A stretch of DNA of 64,000 nt from Hyphochytrium catenoides (Eukaryota > Protista > Hyphochytriomycota): positions 62,001 to 126,000 of the forward strand of contig FLMG01002723.1 in assembly GCA_900088475.1 (NCBI GenBank), given 5' to 3'. Position 1 is the first letter of the stretch. Every line of letters begins with the position of its first letter. The notes under the pieces were generated by a model, which ran no database searches, was not told where the DNA came from, and was given only the letters and a program-made list of their open reading frames with translations. Below are positions 54,049 to 64,000 of the stretch, one piece after another. Made by a program: the position numbers and the translations under genes.

Positions 54049-54905
54049 GTTTCTTAGTTGTTGTTCAACCTGCTCCTCAGGTCAATAGCCGCTCGCGACT
54101 GAGCGCTGTGAGGCATCTCCATTATGCTTACAGGGCAGAGCTCAGGCAAGTGAGCTCTTGGGAAGTCAGAGGCAGATGCCAGACAGCACGAGAGGCATCA
54201 ACGCCCCTACATGGATGGCAAACTGCCTTCCTAGATTGCTGATTGTATGCCGAGAAAGCGCTCTGAGTGATGACAAGCGCGAGAGACCAGAGCTACGAAG
54301 ACTCTCAAGAGGCTAGAGAAGAGGAGAACGCCTTGAAAGAGTCCTAGGAAAGTGCAGCAGCAGAGCGGACACGAAGCTCTTCATAGTCTTCTTCCTGTCT
54401 CCTTGGTCGGCCCAATGATCAGAACCTCAGAACGCCTTCACTCTGCCAACGAAAAAAAATCAAGCCCCACTCTTTCCCATTCTTTCAAGGTGAAATATTC
54501 CTTCCAGCGCTATGATGGCCGAATAAAGCTCTAACTACGATGGCGAAATATTTCGTATGTTTAGGTTTCAGTTCTGTGCAAAGATTCGTCTGGAAGTTGC
54601 TGTTAAGCTATCGGCGCTCCTCTCCTTGTCAGTCCAGTCCACCGTCTCGCCTGCCCCTTCATTTCTATCGCTGCTCCTTGATTTCTTGGCCATCTGTCAA
54701 CTGGCCCGCAGTCTCCCTTCACTGTCTGGCGCGCTCTGGACGTAGCTCACTCTGTGCCGGCTGCCGCTGAGCCTGACAGGCTCCCTCCCATAGTGAAAGT
54801 TTCTGGGGCGATCCTCTCAGTGCTTCCGCAGCGCAGAGGAGAAGACCTAGTATCGAGTTGAAGCTTTCTTGTTCGTGTTACAGTCAAGATTTGGACCGGG
54901 TCAAC

Positions 54906-57153
54906 ATGTTATCTACTCGAGCCGTGGCTGCTCTTCGGCGAGTCAGATTCTGTTGCAAGAGGAAGATCACTCAGAGGTGGTTTTACTCTGCTGCCCATTG
55001 CAGCTCTACCTTCTTGATGATTTCCAAGTCCAACCTTGATGCCAGCGTTGTTTTACATATCCCTTCTCTGAGCTGTGACTAAGGCCCTTTGTCCGCTGGT
55101 CTTACGAAGCGTTCTTTTCGTAGCGATGTTGTGGGTCTCACCCGCGCAGTTTCTACTACCAAGAGCTTGAACTGGGACCCAGTGAAATTCCAGACACACG
55201 TGTCTGACAAGGGAGCACTAGATGAGGAGATTGGCTTCAAGTTCGTCGACAAAAGAAAGGAAGTGGCCATCATTGGCGCTCCCATGACTTGTGAGTGTTC
55301 ACTTTCATGCTTTCAAGTCGTTATCATTACGCACGGATAGAGTTTGACATGTTCTCTTGTCTCTTGCGTCAATTGTTGTTAACCTCAACCTTTGTCAACA
55401 TTTCTGCCAGATGGCCAGCCTCTTCTAGGGACTGATATGGGCCCCCAGATGCTGCGTGATGCAGGTGAGAGAAACTCATATTCGATGCCTGTCTCTCCAG
55501 TCTTACACGCTTCTCATTGCCACTATCCGCTCCCGTCGACACATTTTCCGTAATACTGGTTTTAGGCCTTCATGCCACCTTGAAGGACTTGGGCTGGCAG
55601 GTGGATGAGACCGGAGACCTAGAGTTTGACCCGCCTAAGGAGTCGGATCCAAAGCTTGACCCCAAGCATGGAACTCTTCGTCATCCCTATGCAGGTAAGC
55701 CAATCAATTCTCAAGGCATGAACATGCTTCTGATTGTTCGAATGAAGTGGGCACTGGGCTTAAGAAGATTAGGGACGCTGTTAAGGCCAAGGCTGAGGAT
55801 GGAAAGTTCGTTATCACATTGGGAGGCGATCATAGCGTAGGAGCTGGAAGCATCAGGTATGGCTAAAAGCAAAGTGAGAGGACCTGAAGAGACTGTTGTG
55901 AGTGGGTTGGACTTAACCATCCTGTGTCTCTCAGCGGAGTGCTGTCAGTACGGCCAGAGACTGGTGTCATCTGGGTGGATGCCCATGCAGACATCAACAC
56001 ACCCAAGACGTAGGTGAAAGCTTGTAGTTGAGCTGAATCATCTCATCGGCTCCCTATCTTCAGTCTTCCTCGGTCTGTGGTTCACCCAAAATTATAATAT
56101 GGCATCCATGGGCTTAGCTTGTCTTCTTCTGGCTCAATCACCACCACCAGTCCACTTCCACTCTCTGTCCCTTTCTAATTTCTTTAATCTTCTCCCCTTT
56201 CTATGCATCAACGTCTGGTTCCTTAGCAAGCATCAACTCAGGTTGCGCCAGGCCATCTCATTCCTCTATGTTTTGAGATATATTCATCGCCCCCTTGCTC
56301 TATGCAGGTCGCCATCCGGCAACATCCACGGCATGCCAATTGCTTTCTTGGTCAAAGGACTGGCAAAGTGAGTATAACGCCCAGCGCTGTGGTCTTGCTG
56401 TATAAGAAACTTAACCCTTTCTCTTTCTGCAGTCCAATGGTTGTTCCAGGTTTCGAATGGATGGGAAAGGGACCGTATCTAGACCACCAGAAGGTGTTCC
56501 TCTGAGGTAACGAAAGCACACAGCAGCCACACTGACCCAGGGTCCCTGCTTCCCAGCTGGTATACATAGGTCTTAGAGACATTGATGAGGGGGAGAGACG
56601 CCTGATCAAGAAGTTGAATATAAAGGCTTTCACCATGCAAGAAGTTGATCGGCACGGAATTGGCAAGACGATGGAGATGGCTTTAGACCATCTCAACTCG
56701 CATGTAGGGACAAACTATTTGAGTGGAAAAGTTCCAAGCAGTGTATGACCGTTGGATGCATATTTAGGGCGACTACCCCATTCATCTGAGCTACGATATC
56801 GATGCTGTGGATCCTCTTGTCGCTCCATCTACAGGAACAATTGTCCGAGGAGGGCTCACGTGGCGGTAAGTCCCATGGACCAGTAACCTTGGCTTTGGGC
56901 TGTGTTACTAACTCCAACGCTTTTAACAGAGAAGCACACTTTGTTGCCGAGGCTATTGCAGAGACTGGTGAGTCTTCAAAGAAAAAACGTGCAGATCAGA
57001 CTTCATGTTTGACTTTTATCCCTCTTAGGAGCCTTAGCTTCATTAGATATGGTGGAAGTAAACCCAGCCCTAACTCCCGGCGAAGGGGCCAAGCACACTG
57101 TGGAGATGGGTTTACATCTCATAGCATCCAGCTTAGGCAATCGAATACTTTAG
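54906..57153 (+). CDS. ARG: Arginase with mitochondrial-type presequence (multi-exon)
   Basis: [74 protein letters not shown]-terminus [12 protein letters not shown]. Confidence 0.95.
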
Positions 57154-57349
57154 ACCTCGCACACCGCGTCAGCAAGCTATTAGGTCCTGTATACTCTTTC
57201 TACAAACTGAAGACCACAAACTTCGCACGCCTGCGGGATGAGGCTGATTGTCTTGATTAGCCCACATGCCGTAGTGTGGGAAAGCTATCAATGCAAGGGT
57301 TAAGGGGCCGTCTTGGAGCCTTAAAGAGAAATCTTTGCTTATCTAGCAG

Positions 57350-58027
57350 CTAGGCCGAAGAGGCTGCCTCGGTAGCCTTTAGCTTCTCGCTAAACAGCTT
57401 CTTAAACTTGTTCACCTTAGGATTGATGACAAACGTGCAGTACGAGTTTTGATCGCCTACGCGATTGAAATAGTTGTGGTGATAGTCTTCCGCCTCGTAG
57501 AACTCTGTCAGGGGGACAATCTCTGTCACCACTGGGTCGGTGTAAAGTTTTGCCTCCTCGACTGCCTCCTTCGAGCGAAGAGCGATCTGCTGCTGTTCTT
57601 CATCGTGATAGAAGATTACGGACCGATACTGAGTGCCCACGTCGTTGCCCTGACGGTTCAGGGTGGTCGGATCATGGGTCCTCCAGAAGACCTCGAGGAG
57701 GTCGGCGTATGACACTTTCGATGGGTTAAAAGTGATCTGGCAGACTTCAGCATGGCCGGTATCGCCGGCACATACCTCCTTATAGGTTGGGTTTGGCCGC
57801 TTCCCTCCTGCATATCCTGGGACGCAACGCTCCACGCCGTCCATTCGGCCGTATATGGCTTCCACGCACCAGAAGCATCCAGCCCCAAGCGTTGCTTTCT
57901 GCATGATGAGCTGATGATGAAGAGTTGAGAGCCGCCTAAGAGGTACGCTTGAGAAGCTCCTGATGCGGAGATTGTGGGGTGGCTGGCGAGGGAAGTGGCG
58001 AACCAAAGATGGCAACTGGCGCCTCAT
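57350..58027 (-). CDS. msrA: Peptide methionine sulfoxide reductase A, intronless, with Arg/Ser-rich transit peptide
   Basis: GAGCFWCVE, PTYKEVC..TGHAE, HDPTTLNRQGNDVGTQYRS, FYEAEDYH. Confidence 0.96.
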   Translation of the reverse strand: MRRQLPSLVRHFPRQPPHNLRIRSFSSVPLRRLSTLHHQLIMQKATLGAGCFWCVEAIYGRMDGVERCVPGYAGGKRPNPTYKEVCAGDTGHAEVCQITFNPSKVSYADLLEVFWRTHDPTTLNRQGNDVGTQYRSVIFYHDEEQQQIALRSKEAVEEAKLYTDPVVTEIVPLTEFYEAEDYHHNYFNRVGDQNSYCTFVINPKVNKFKKLFSEKLKATEAASSA

Positions 58028-58118
58028 TGAGAGCGATGAGAAAAACTAAGAGTAACTCTGTTTACGGGGACTGTGACTTCTCTTGTTGCTCTTGATGGGC
58101 CTCTGCCATGCTCGCTCG

Positions 58119-58127
58119 CTCTCTTTC

Positions 58128-58164
<37 letters not shown>

Positions 58165-58165
58165 G
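58119..58165. repeat. CT-rich microsatellite upstream of msrA
   Basis: Imperfect (CT)n run. Confidence 0.85.
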
Positions 58166-58948
58166 TCTTCTCCCTCGTCCTCCTCTCTCTCGGTCTCCCT
58201 CTCCGCCTAGGTAAAGGTGATGTCACTACGAAGTCGGTCATCGAACTTCTGAGAAGAGACGAGAAGGTGGGTGGGGGCGATGAACAATCAGGTTGGCGTG
58301 TTTTATATGCGGAACATAAAGGGTTACGTCTGCGTTATGAGTTCTGATGGGGGTGGGTAGGGTAGGCCTGTTTGAGGTTAGCTGACACCTTTAACATTCT
58401 TCCCTTTTTCGGGAAGGCTCGGCAGAACCGTGTTCAGATCTCTTATATTCGGTATCCATGGTTTAAGGTACACTTGTTACCCTCTCTTGAGCGTGAAATT
58501 ATACCAACAAACATCGGAATTTCGGGAAGAACCACTAGACTTCCTCCTGAATATGACAAGAACCTGCACTGAAAGGTCATTGGTTATTCTGTCATCGGGC
58601 GGAGCTGCTCGCAGATGCTGCTAAGCGGGCTGGGCCTTCTTCACCTCTGAGAGCTCAACGTGGAGCGAGACGGACGGTGAGCGGAAGGAGCTTGGGTCAG
58701 ATGGCTGCGTTGGGTAAGAAGAGCTCAAACCTCTTAACGGAGATGAAGAAGGATTCACCCTTTATAAATGCTACGTGATCCCTCACAATCGAATAACCAG
58801 TTCAGCGTGGGCACTCAAGGATTTACGGAACAGCGAGACACGCCGTAACAAGAAAGCGAGCCAAGAAGCGCTGGCATTACACCGTGATTACATATGTGCT
58901 GCTTCACTTCCCTATAAATCTGCCCTTCCCATAGCTCCATTACTTGTA

Positions 58949-58989
58949 NNNNNNNNNNNNNNNNNNNNNNNNNNNNNNNNNNNNNNNNN
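58949..58989. other. Assembly gap (N run)
   Basis: 41 N characters. Confidence 0.99.
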
Positions 58990-61592
58990 GAATGTCTTCC
59001 TAGCTCGTCGCCCGTCCGCACGGATGATACAGAGATTCCGCCTTCCACGCATGGAGCTCCTGTTGCTTCTACAGCTTTTTTGATGGAAAGAGAAGTTCCA
59101 CTCGGAGCATCAACCTTTTCGGTGTGATGCAGCTCCACTGGTAGTTGTAATTTGTTGTTAACGATGCCGTCCCACCGAGGTTAATGCTATAAACTGACTT
59201 ACCCATTGCTGCACTCCAGCCGGAGGGTACGCTGTTGGCTACTTCTTTGGCCAAATGCGCCACCAGTGGCACTCCATGGCTGAAATTGGAGCAGATTGCA
59301 ACAGGGGCATGCTTGGCATATTCTTCGATTTCCGCCATTGGGAGCTCACCCGTAGTCCCTATTAAAATAGTCATCAGAAGGCTAATTTGATCATGAGAGG
59401 GAGGGTCCGGACAATCTGCCATACCGATGATAAGGGCCACTTTCCGACCCTCTAGCTTCTTGAGCAATGCCTTTGTTCCTGCCGGGAGCGTGGCGTCGAT
59501 AACTACATTAGCTGCGCTTGGCACATCACCGTCGCGAGAGATAACCCCCGCGAGCGAAGCATCGTCGGATGCATCTGGTGCCCGGAGTGCATTATGAATA
59601 GATTGGCCTAAGAAAGCGGGCAGAGCCAGCACAAGCAATTAGCGACGATGGGCGATAAGTCATGGCAGAAAGATGTACCGCGTCGCTAACCACCTGCTTT
59701 TCATGCTTTCCTCACCTAGCTTGCCAGAAACACCGTGTATGGCTATTGATGGGAGCGTTTTGCTCTGGGTAGGAGCCTTTTTGGGGCTGGCGGCTAGTTT
59801 GGCTTGAAACGCCGTAATGGCTTCACCCAGCCTTTTTGCGCCTACTGCCAGATCCTCCTTGTCATAATAAGAGAAGGAAAGGCGTAGGTAGTTCTGCATA
59901 TTTTCTCCAAACGAAGAGCCTGGCAAAAAGGCCACTTTGTGGTTTTGTGCCTCCTTAAGTAGCTCAACAGCCTTCATGCCTTCTGGCAACCGAACGAGAA
60001 TGAAGTAGCCTCCGTTGGGGACTTCGAAAGTCGTTCCTTGAGGTAGGTGCTCCTTCAATGCCTTCATGAGTGTATCAGCTCGGCTCCAGAGAGTAGCTGT
60101 AAGGAAAAGAATGAGAGTTAGTCTCGCCAATCCTACAAAAAATGGCCAAGTCGCAAAGGATATGATGCAGGACTAATAGATCAAGTGCATTAATTCGTAC
60201 CCTTCGTCCAGTCAAGGTGCTCATCCTGCAGACCAGCCGTGATGGCAGCATGGACCACTCCTGATATGACTGGATTGATACCGCCGCTGTTGTAGCCACA
60301 AGGAGAAGGAAGTAGTGGGTCAAGTGAGATAAGCCTTAAGAGTCGTCCACTTTAGCTGTTCAAACCTGCTATCGAGCTGCCCGCAGTCAATTATCTTCTT
60401 CAGAAGCTTAGGATGGCCCTGGATCCACCCTAGCCTGAGCGCCGGAGCAAGGATCTTGGAAAAAGACCCAAGTGCGAGCACTGTGCCGTGCGTATCAAAG
60501 GTGAAAAATGGAGGAGGGGGAGTGATGTGCGGGAAGGATAGGAGCTGGTACACTTCATCCGCCACAATGATGAAGCCATACTTGATGCTGAGCTCTACCA
60601 GTTTCTTCCTTTTTTCCACTGACATTGTCCTCCCAGTTGGATTGTGGCAGGTTGGTACAGTGTAAAGAAGCTTAGGTACCGCTCCTTTCTTAAGGACCTC
60701 CTCTAGGGCACTAACGACGGCAAATTTCAGCATGTTAGTAACTCATGGTTGTAGCAGATAAACAGAAGCCGAAAGAAAATGAGGGCTTTGCGAAGACCGA
60801 TAATATTTACAAGACAGGCTAGAGCAAGCCGTATGGCTCTGAAAATGAGGCTAGAAGGGAGTGTGGGTAGATGAAGAGTCACCTACTCCACGTTCAGCCC
60901 ATCCTGGTCCATGGGGATCTGGCGGACTGAAATGTCAAAGTCGGCCGCAATACTAAGTGCCAAGAAGTAGGAGGGCTCCTCCATGAAGACAACATCTCCA
61001 GACTGTCATGGAGAGTGAAGGGAGGTTATTTAGGTTCACGTTTGCCACACACGCACGACATGCAAATACTGCAGATCAGCTCACCCGGCAGAAAAGGGAA
61101 AAGATGAGGGAGATACCACCCGTGACCCCATTAGTGACGAATAGCTGGTCAGGATTGACGTCTGCAAACCGCCGGAGCACATAAGTCATGTAGTCTTGGC
61201 CATCTCTTGTACGCATCATAGTAAACAGTCCATACCGTGCTTGTATCTGCGAGTCAGGAACTCCGCCAGACACTTTCTGAACTTAGGGTAACCTGGAATA
61301 GCGCCGTACTATTGGAAAATGTGGTGAATACGTCTGCCATCAAATAGTAATAAATTTTGGATGTGTGTTCGTACCTGCAGGAAGAGAGGGTCATCCTCTC
61401 CGAACTTCAACGCAGTAGCCTTCCTGATCTTGTCCAGTGGCAGCATTGAAGGGGCAGGCTACGTATCGATCGGTCTGTCATAAAGAAAAGCCTCTCTGAT
61501 ATGCTTAGAAGTCGTAGACGACTTACCTGCCCAACCTTGAAGTTAACCAAAGTGGACGCTGGTGGGACGTCATACTGGCCGTAGTCACCCAT
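58990..61592 (-). CDS. Fusion: class I PLP aminotransferase (Aro8/LysN/MocR-type) + 4-hydroxy-tetrahydrodipicolinate reductase (DapB); 3' end in the gap
   Basis: Aminotransferase motifs LQYG..PG, FVTNG, EEPSY, YTVPTCHNPTG, ADEVY, GSFSKILAPALRLGW, YLRLSFS. These continue in frame into DapB motifs IAIHGVSGKLG, VVIDAT, IGTTG, CSNFSHG, ELHHTEKVDAPSGT, SSVRTGDELGRH. Confidence 0.88.
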
Positions 61593-62387
61593 TGTACCTC
61601 AGCTTGGCTTAACTGGTATAAAGGATATCGAGATGATGAAGCAGAAAATGACACGAGCTTCCTAGAGCTATCTACTCCGCACTTGGTCAATGTGTAGCCC
61701 GGATGACAGTGACAGTGAAAGACAGAGCTTTAAGCTGAAGCTTTCTGATGGGTCTGCCATCCATCGGCTGTCACCGTTCCGAGGGGATCCGAACACTTTA
61801 GAACGGACGAAGGAAAGGCGCCTTCAACTCATCAATTTGTTGAATCTCTTCAGATGCGCAACACAGCATTGCGCTTGTAGATCATAGAAAGTGCTATCTT
61901 CCATCATAGTGCGCACAGAAATCATCGACCTTACATGCATGCAGATCAGTTATCACATCTCGGTTATTCTTTTCCCGTCCGAGATGGAAGTAACGACTTT
62001 GGAAATCGTAATATTCACCTTGAAGATCAGCTCTCACGACAGACACAGGCACAAGAAAAGGAAAAGAAGGCTTCCCCTTCCTTTGTTACCTCCTCGTGAT
62101 GTGACTGTCTTGAAGATTCTATGTAAAAAATGGATGTGTCCGCGCGCGCGCCGTGAGTGAAGCGAGAGACAGAGGTGCGGCAGAGACTGTCCAACTGTCG
62201 GTAACACAGTGCCACTGCCACTCACAGATATCCAACCAAGGACACAAGATAAGAAAGAGACTCATCAGAGATTGTCATCGCATAAGCTGCTCAGCGGAAC
62301 ATAAGGTGCTCTCAGTTTTAGAAAAGTTGGCTATCGGCAAAGAAGATTAAGCGAACGGATTCTTTCACGAACCAGCACTACGGCGCC

Positions 62388-63033
62388 ATGTCTAGCCCAA
62401 AATTGCATGAGACAGCAGCAGCTATAGAAAAGCAGCTTGAGAGGCGAGAGGACCGGGAAGACGTCATCGCGCATGGAATTCTTAGGTCTGTGTTGCGAAT
62501 GGCATCTATTGTGCGCTCAATCCTTTCTAAGAAGCGTTTCTGTGTCCCTATCAGAGATACCACTCCGGAGGCCGTTCAGCTAGAGCGTAATCTGGTTGGC
62601 GTTGTTATCAAGCACAAGATGGAGCGGCGCCCCAGTCTGGACGAGGTGAAAAACCAAGGGATCTACAGGTTTAGTACGATCTGTACTGCAGCAGTCAGAG
62701 TGAGGCTTAGCACGAGTGCCGCACGTAGGGATACCACTGCGGAGGCAGTAACTCTTGAGCACAACCTCGCAAGAGATAAGGTGAAGCGTGAGCTATCTAA
62801 GCGGGCTGCACTTGAGGAAGTCGAGGCACAGGGCATATATATGTAAGAGCCTGTCTGCTTAGCGACGTTGAGTGGTTCTTGACTCGTGTATGCTTCACAG
62901 CCCTCAAACCCCTGAAGCACGTGCGCTAGAGCACAACCTTACTAAGGACATGGTAAAGAGGCAACTTCAGCACCGCCCAAGTTCCGAGGAGGTGCTCAAG
63001 TATGTAAACCCTCCCGACACGACCTCGGACTAG
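62388..63033 (+). CDS. RPEL-repeat (G-actin-binding) protein, 4 exons
   Basis: Repeats IEKQLERREDREDVIAHGIL, IKHKMERRPSLDEVKNQGIY, VKRELSKRAALEEVEAQGIY, VKRQLQHRPSSEEVLK. Introns 62486-62554, 62669-62728, 62843-62900; stop 63031-63033. Confidence 0.85.
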
Positions 63034-64000
63034 CGCAATCAGTAGCTGCTGTAGTTCCCAGCCCAATGTGAAGAAGAATAAAAACATTCATCATTTCGAG
63101 CAGGACCTTACACTGTTCTTCCCAGCATGTACTGTAAAGCAATGCTGACTCCTGGTGCATAATAAGTACTTCGAAGGCTCGACGTTTGGGCTGGAAATTT
63201 GGAGATCAGGCGACTTAAACCAATCGGTCGGATCTCTCCTCACAATTCGCTGCTGTATCTTGTGCTACGACGGGAAGAGGATCAGCAACAGAAGATGATA
63301 AGGCAAGTGCATCTCAGCAGTCCAACTTCCAGAGTGAAGCATGAGGTCAACTATACTACTAGCGTGGAAGGCTCCAGCTCCCGCTCTTATCGATATATAT
63401 AGCGGGCATCATCATTTGGTAACTATTTTCTTCCAACTTAGGGTTTATATCATTTCACGTTCGGGTCAACCATAAATACCAGGCCACGACGGAAAGAAGG
63501 ATGAAAGAATCAGCTCTAGCTTATCAAGCTTAAGCACATATGCAGTGTGAAGAGTAGATGTCAGACAAACACTAAATGAAGATCGGTATCCTCGGAAGAC
63601 TTCTCACGCCTCTACCAAATTGGGTAAGTGCACAGGGTCTATGTGATGGAGAAACGAGCTCTTTTCAAGCGCGACCAAGAGATCTAATCTTCTCTGGCAG
63701 GATACAGCGTGAGAGGTGATTCTCCAAACAAGAAAGTAGATCCTCACAAACGTTCGTATCTCTTTAGTGCTTCGCCTCCATTAAGGAGTGGCAAACCAGC
63801 CCTTGAAGTTAACACTGCCAGACCGCTCACGTAGCATTGGCCCTCCGCAGTCCAACTTCACGACGTTGGTAGCTTCAACACACGAGTAAACAAGTCCCAT
63901 CACACAGCAAACTGGCTGCGAGAATTAATTTCGGTTCGATGTAAATACTGAAGCGACCCGCCAGAACGCGAACCACCTCTGCAGCAGAGAAGCTAAGATT

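Noticed and set aside
58775-58948. ORFs spanning the N gap as the DapB C-terminus
   Set aside because: Sequence left of the gap lacks the expected HxAxxRxxFAxGA motif, so the true gap is probably longer than 41 nt.
63034-64000. Right-end region and 67-aa ORF at 63199
   Set aside because: No recognisable coding, RNA or repeat signal.

Overview
Gene-dense, intron-rich eukaryotic DNA (~50% GC, GT-AG introns of roughly 60-300 nt). The gene content suggests a stramenopile or similar protist, which is an inference. Left to right: a giant multi-exon minus-strand gene running off the left edge (EF-hand N-terminus, four tandem catalytically degenerate PhoD-like modules, coiled-coil tail); myo-inositol oxygenase; a kinesin with a Cys/His knuckle and Tudor-like tail; an intronless secreted protein with two Cys/Trp-rich repeats; two decayed retroelements; an NCoR/SMRT-like SANT corepressor; a U2 snRNA lacking a canonical Sm site; a small NCBP2-AS2/MRX7-like ORF; DIS3L2; a TMEM104-like amino-acid transporter; a hypothetical gene; arginase; MsrA; a PLP aminotransferase spliced in frame to DapB (3' end lost in an N gap); and a four-exon RPEL-repeat protein. 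The most notable items are the aminotransferase-DapB fusion, the tandem pseudo-PhoD protein and the variant U2 snRNA. Gene spans include introns, and several 5' ends are approximate.
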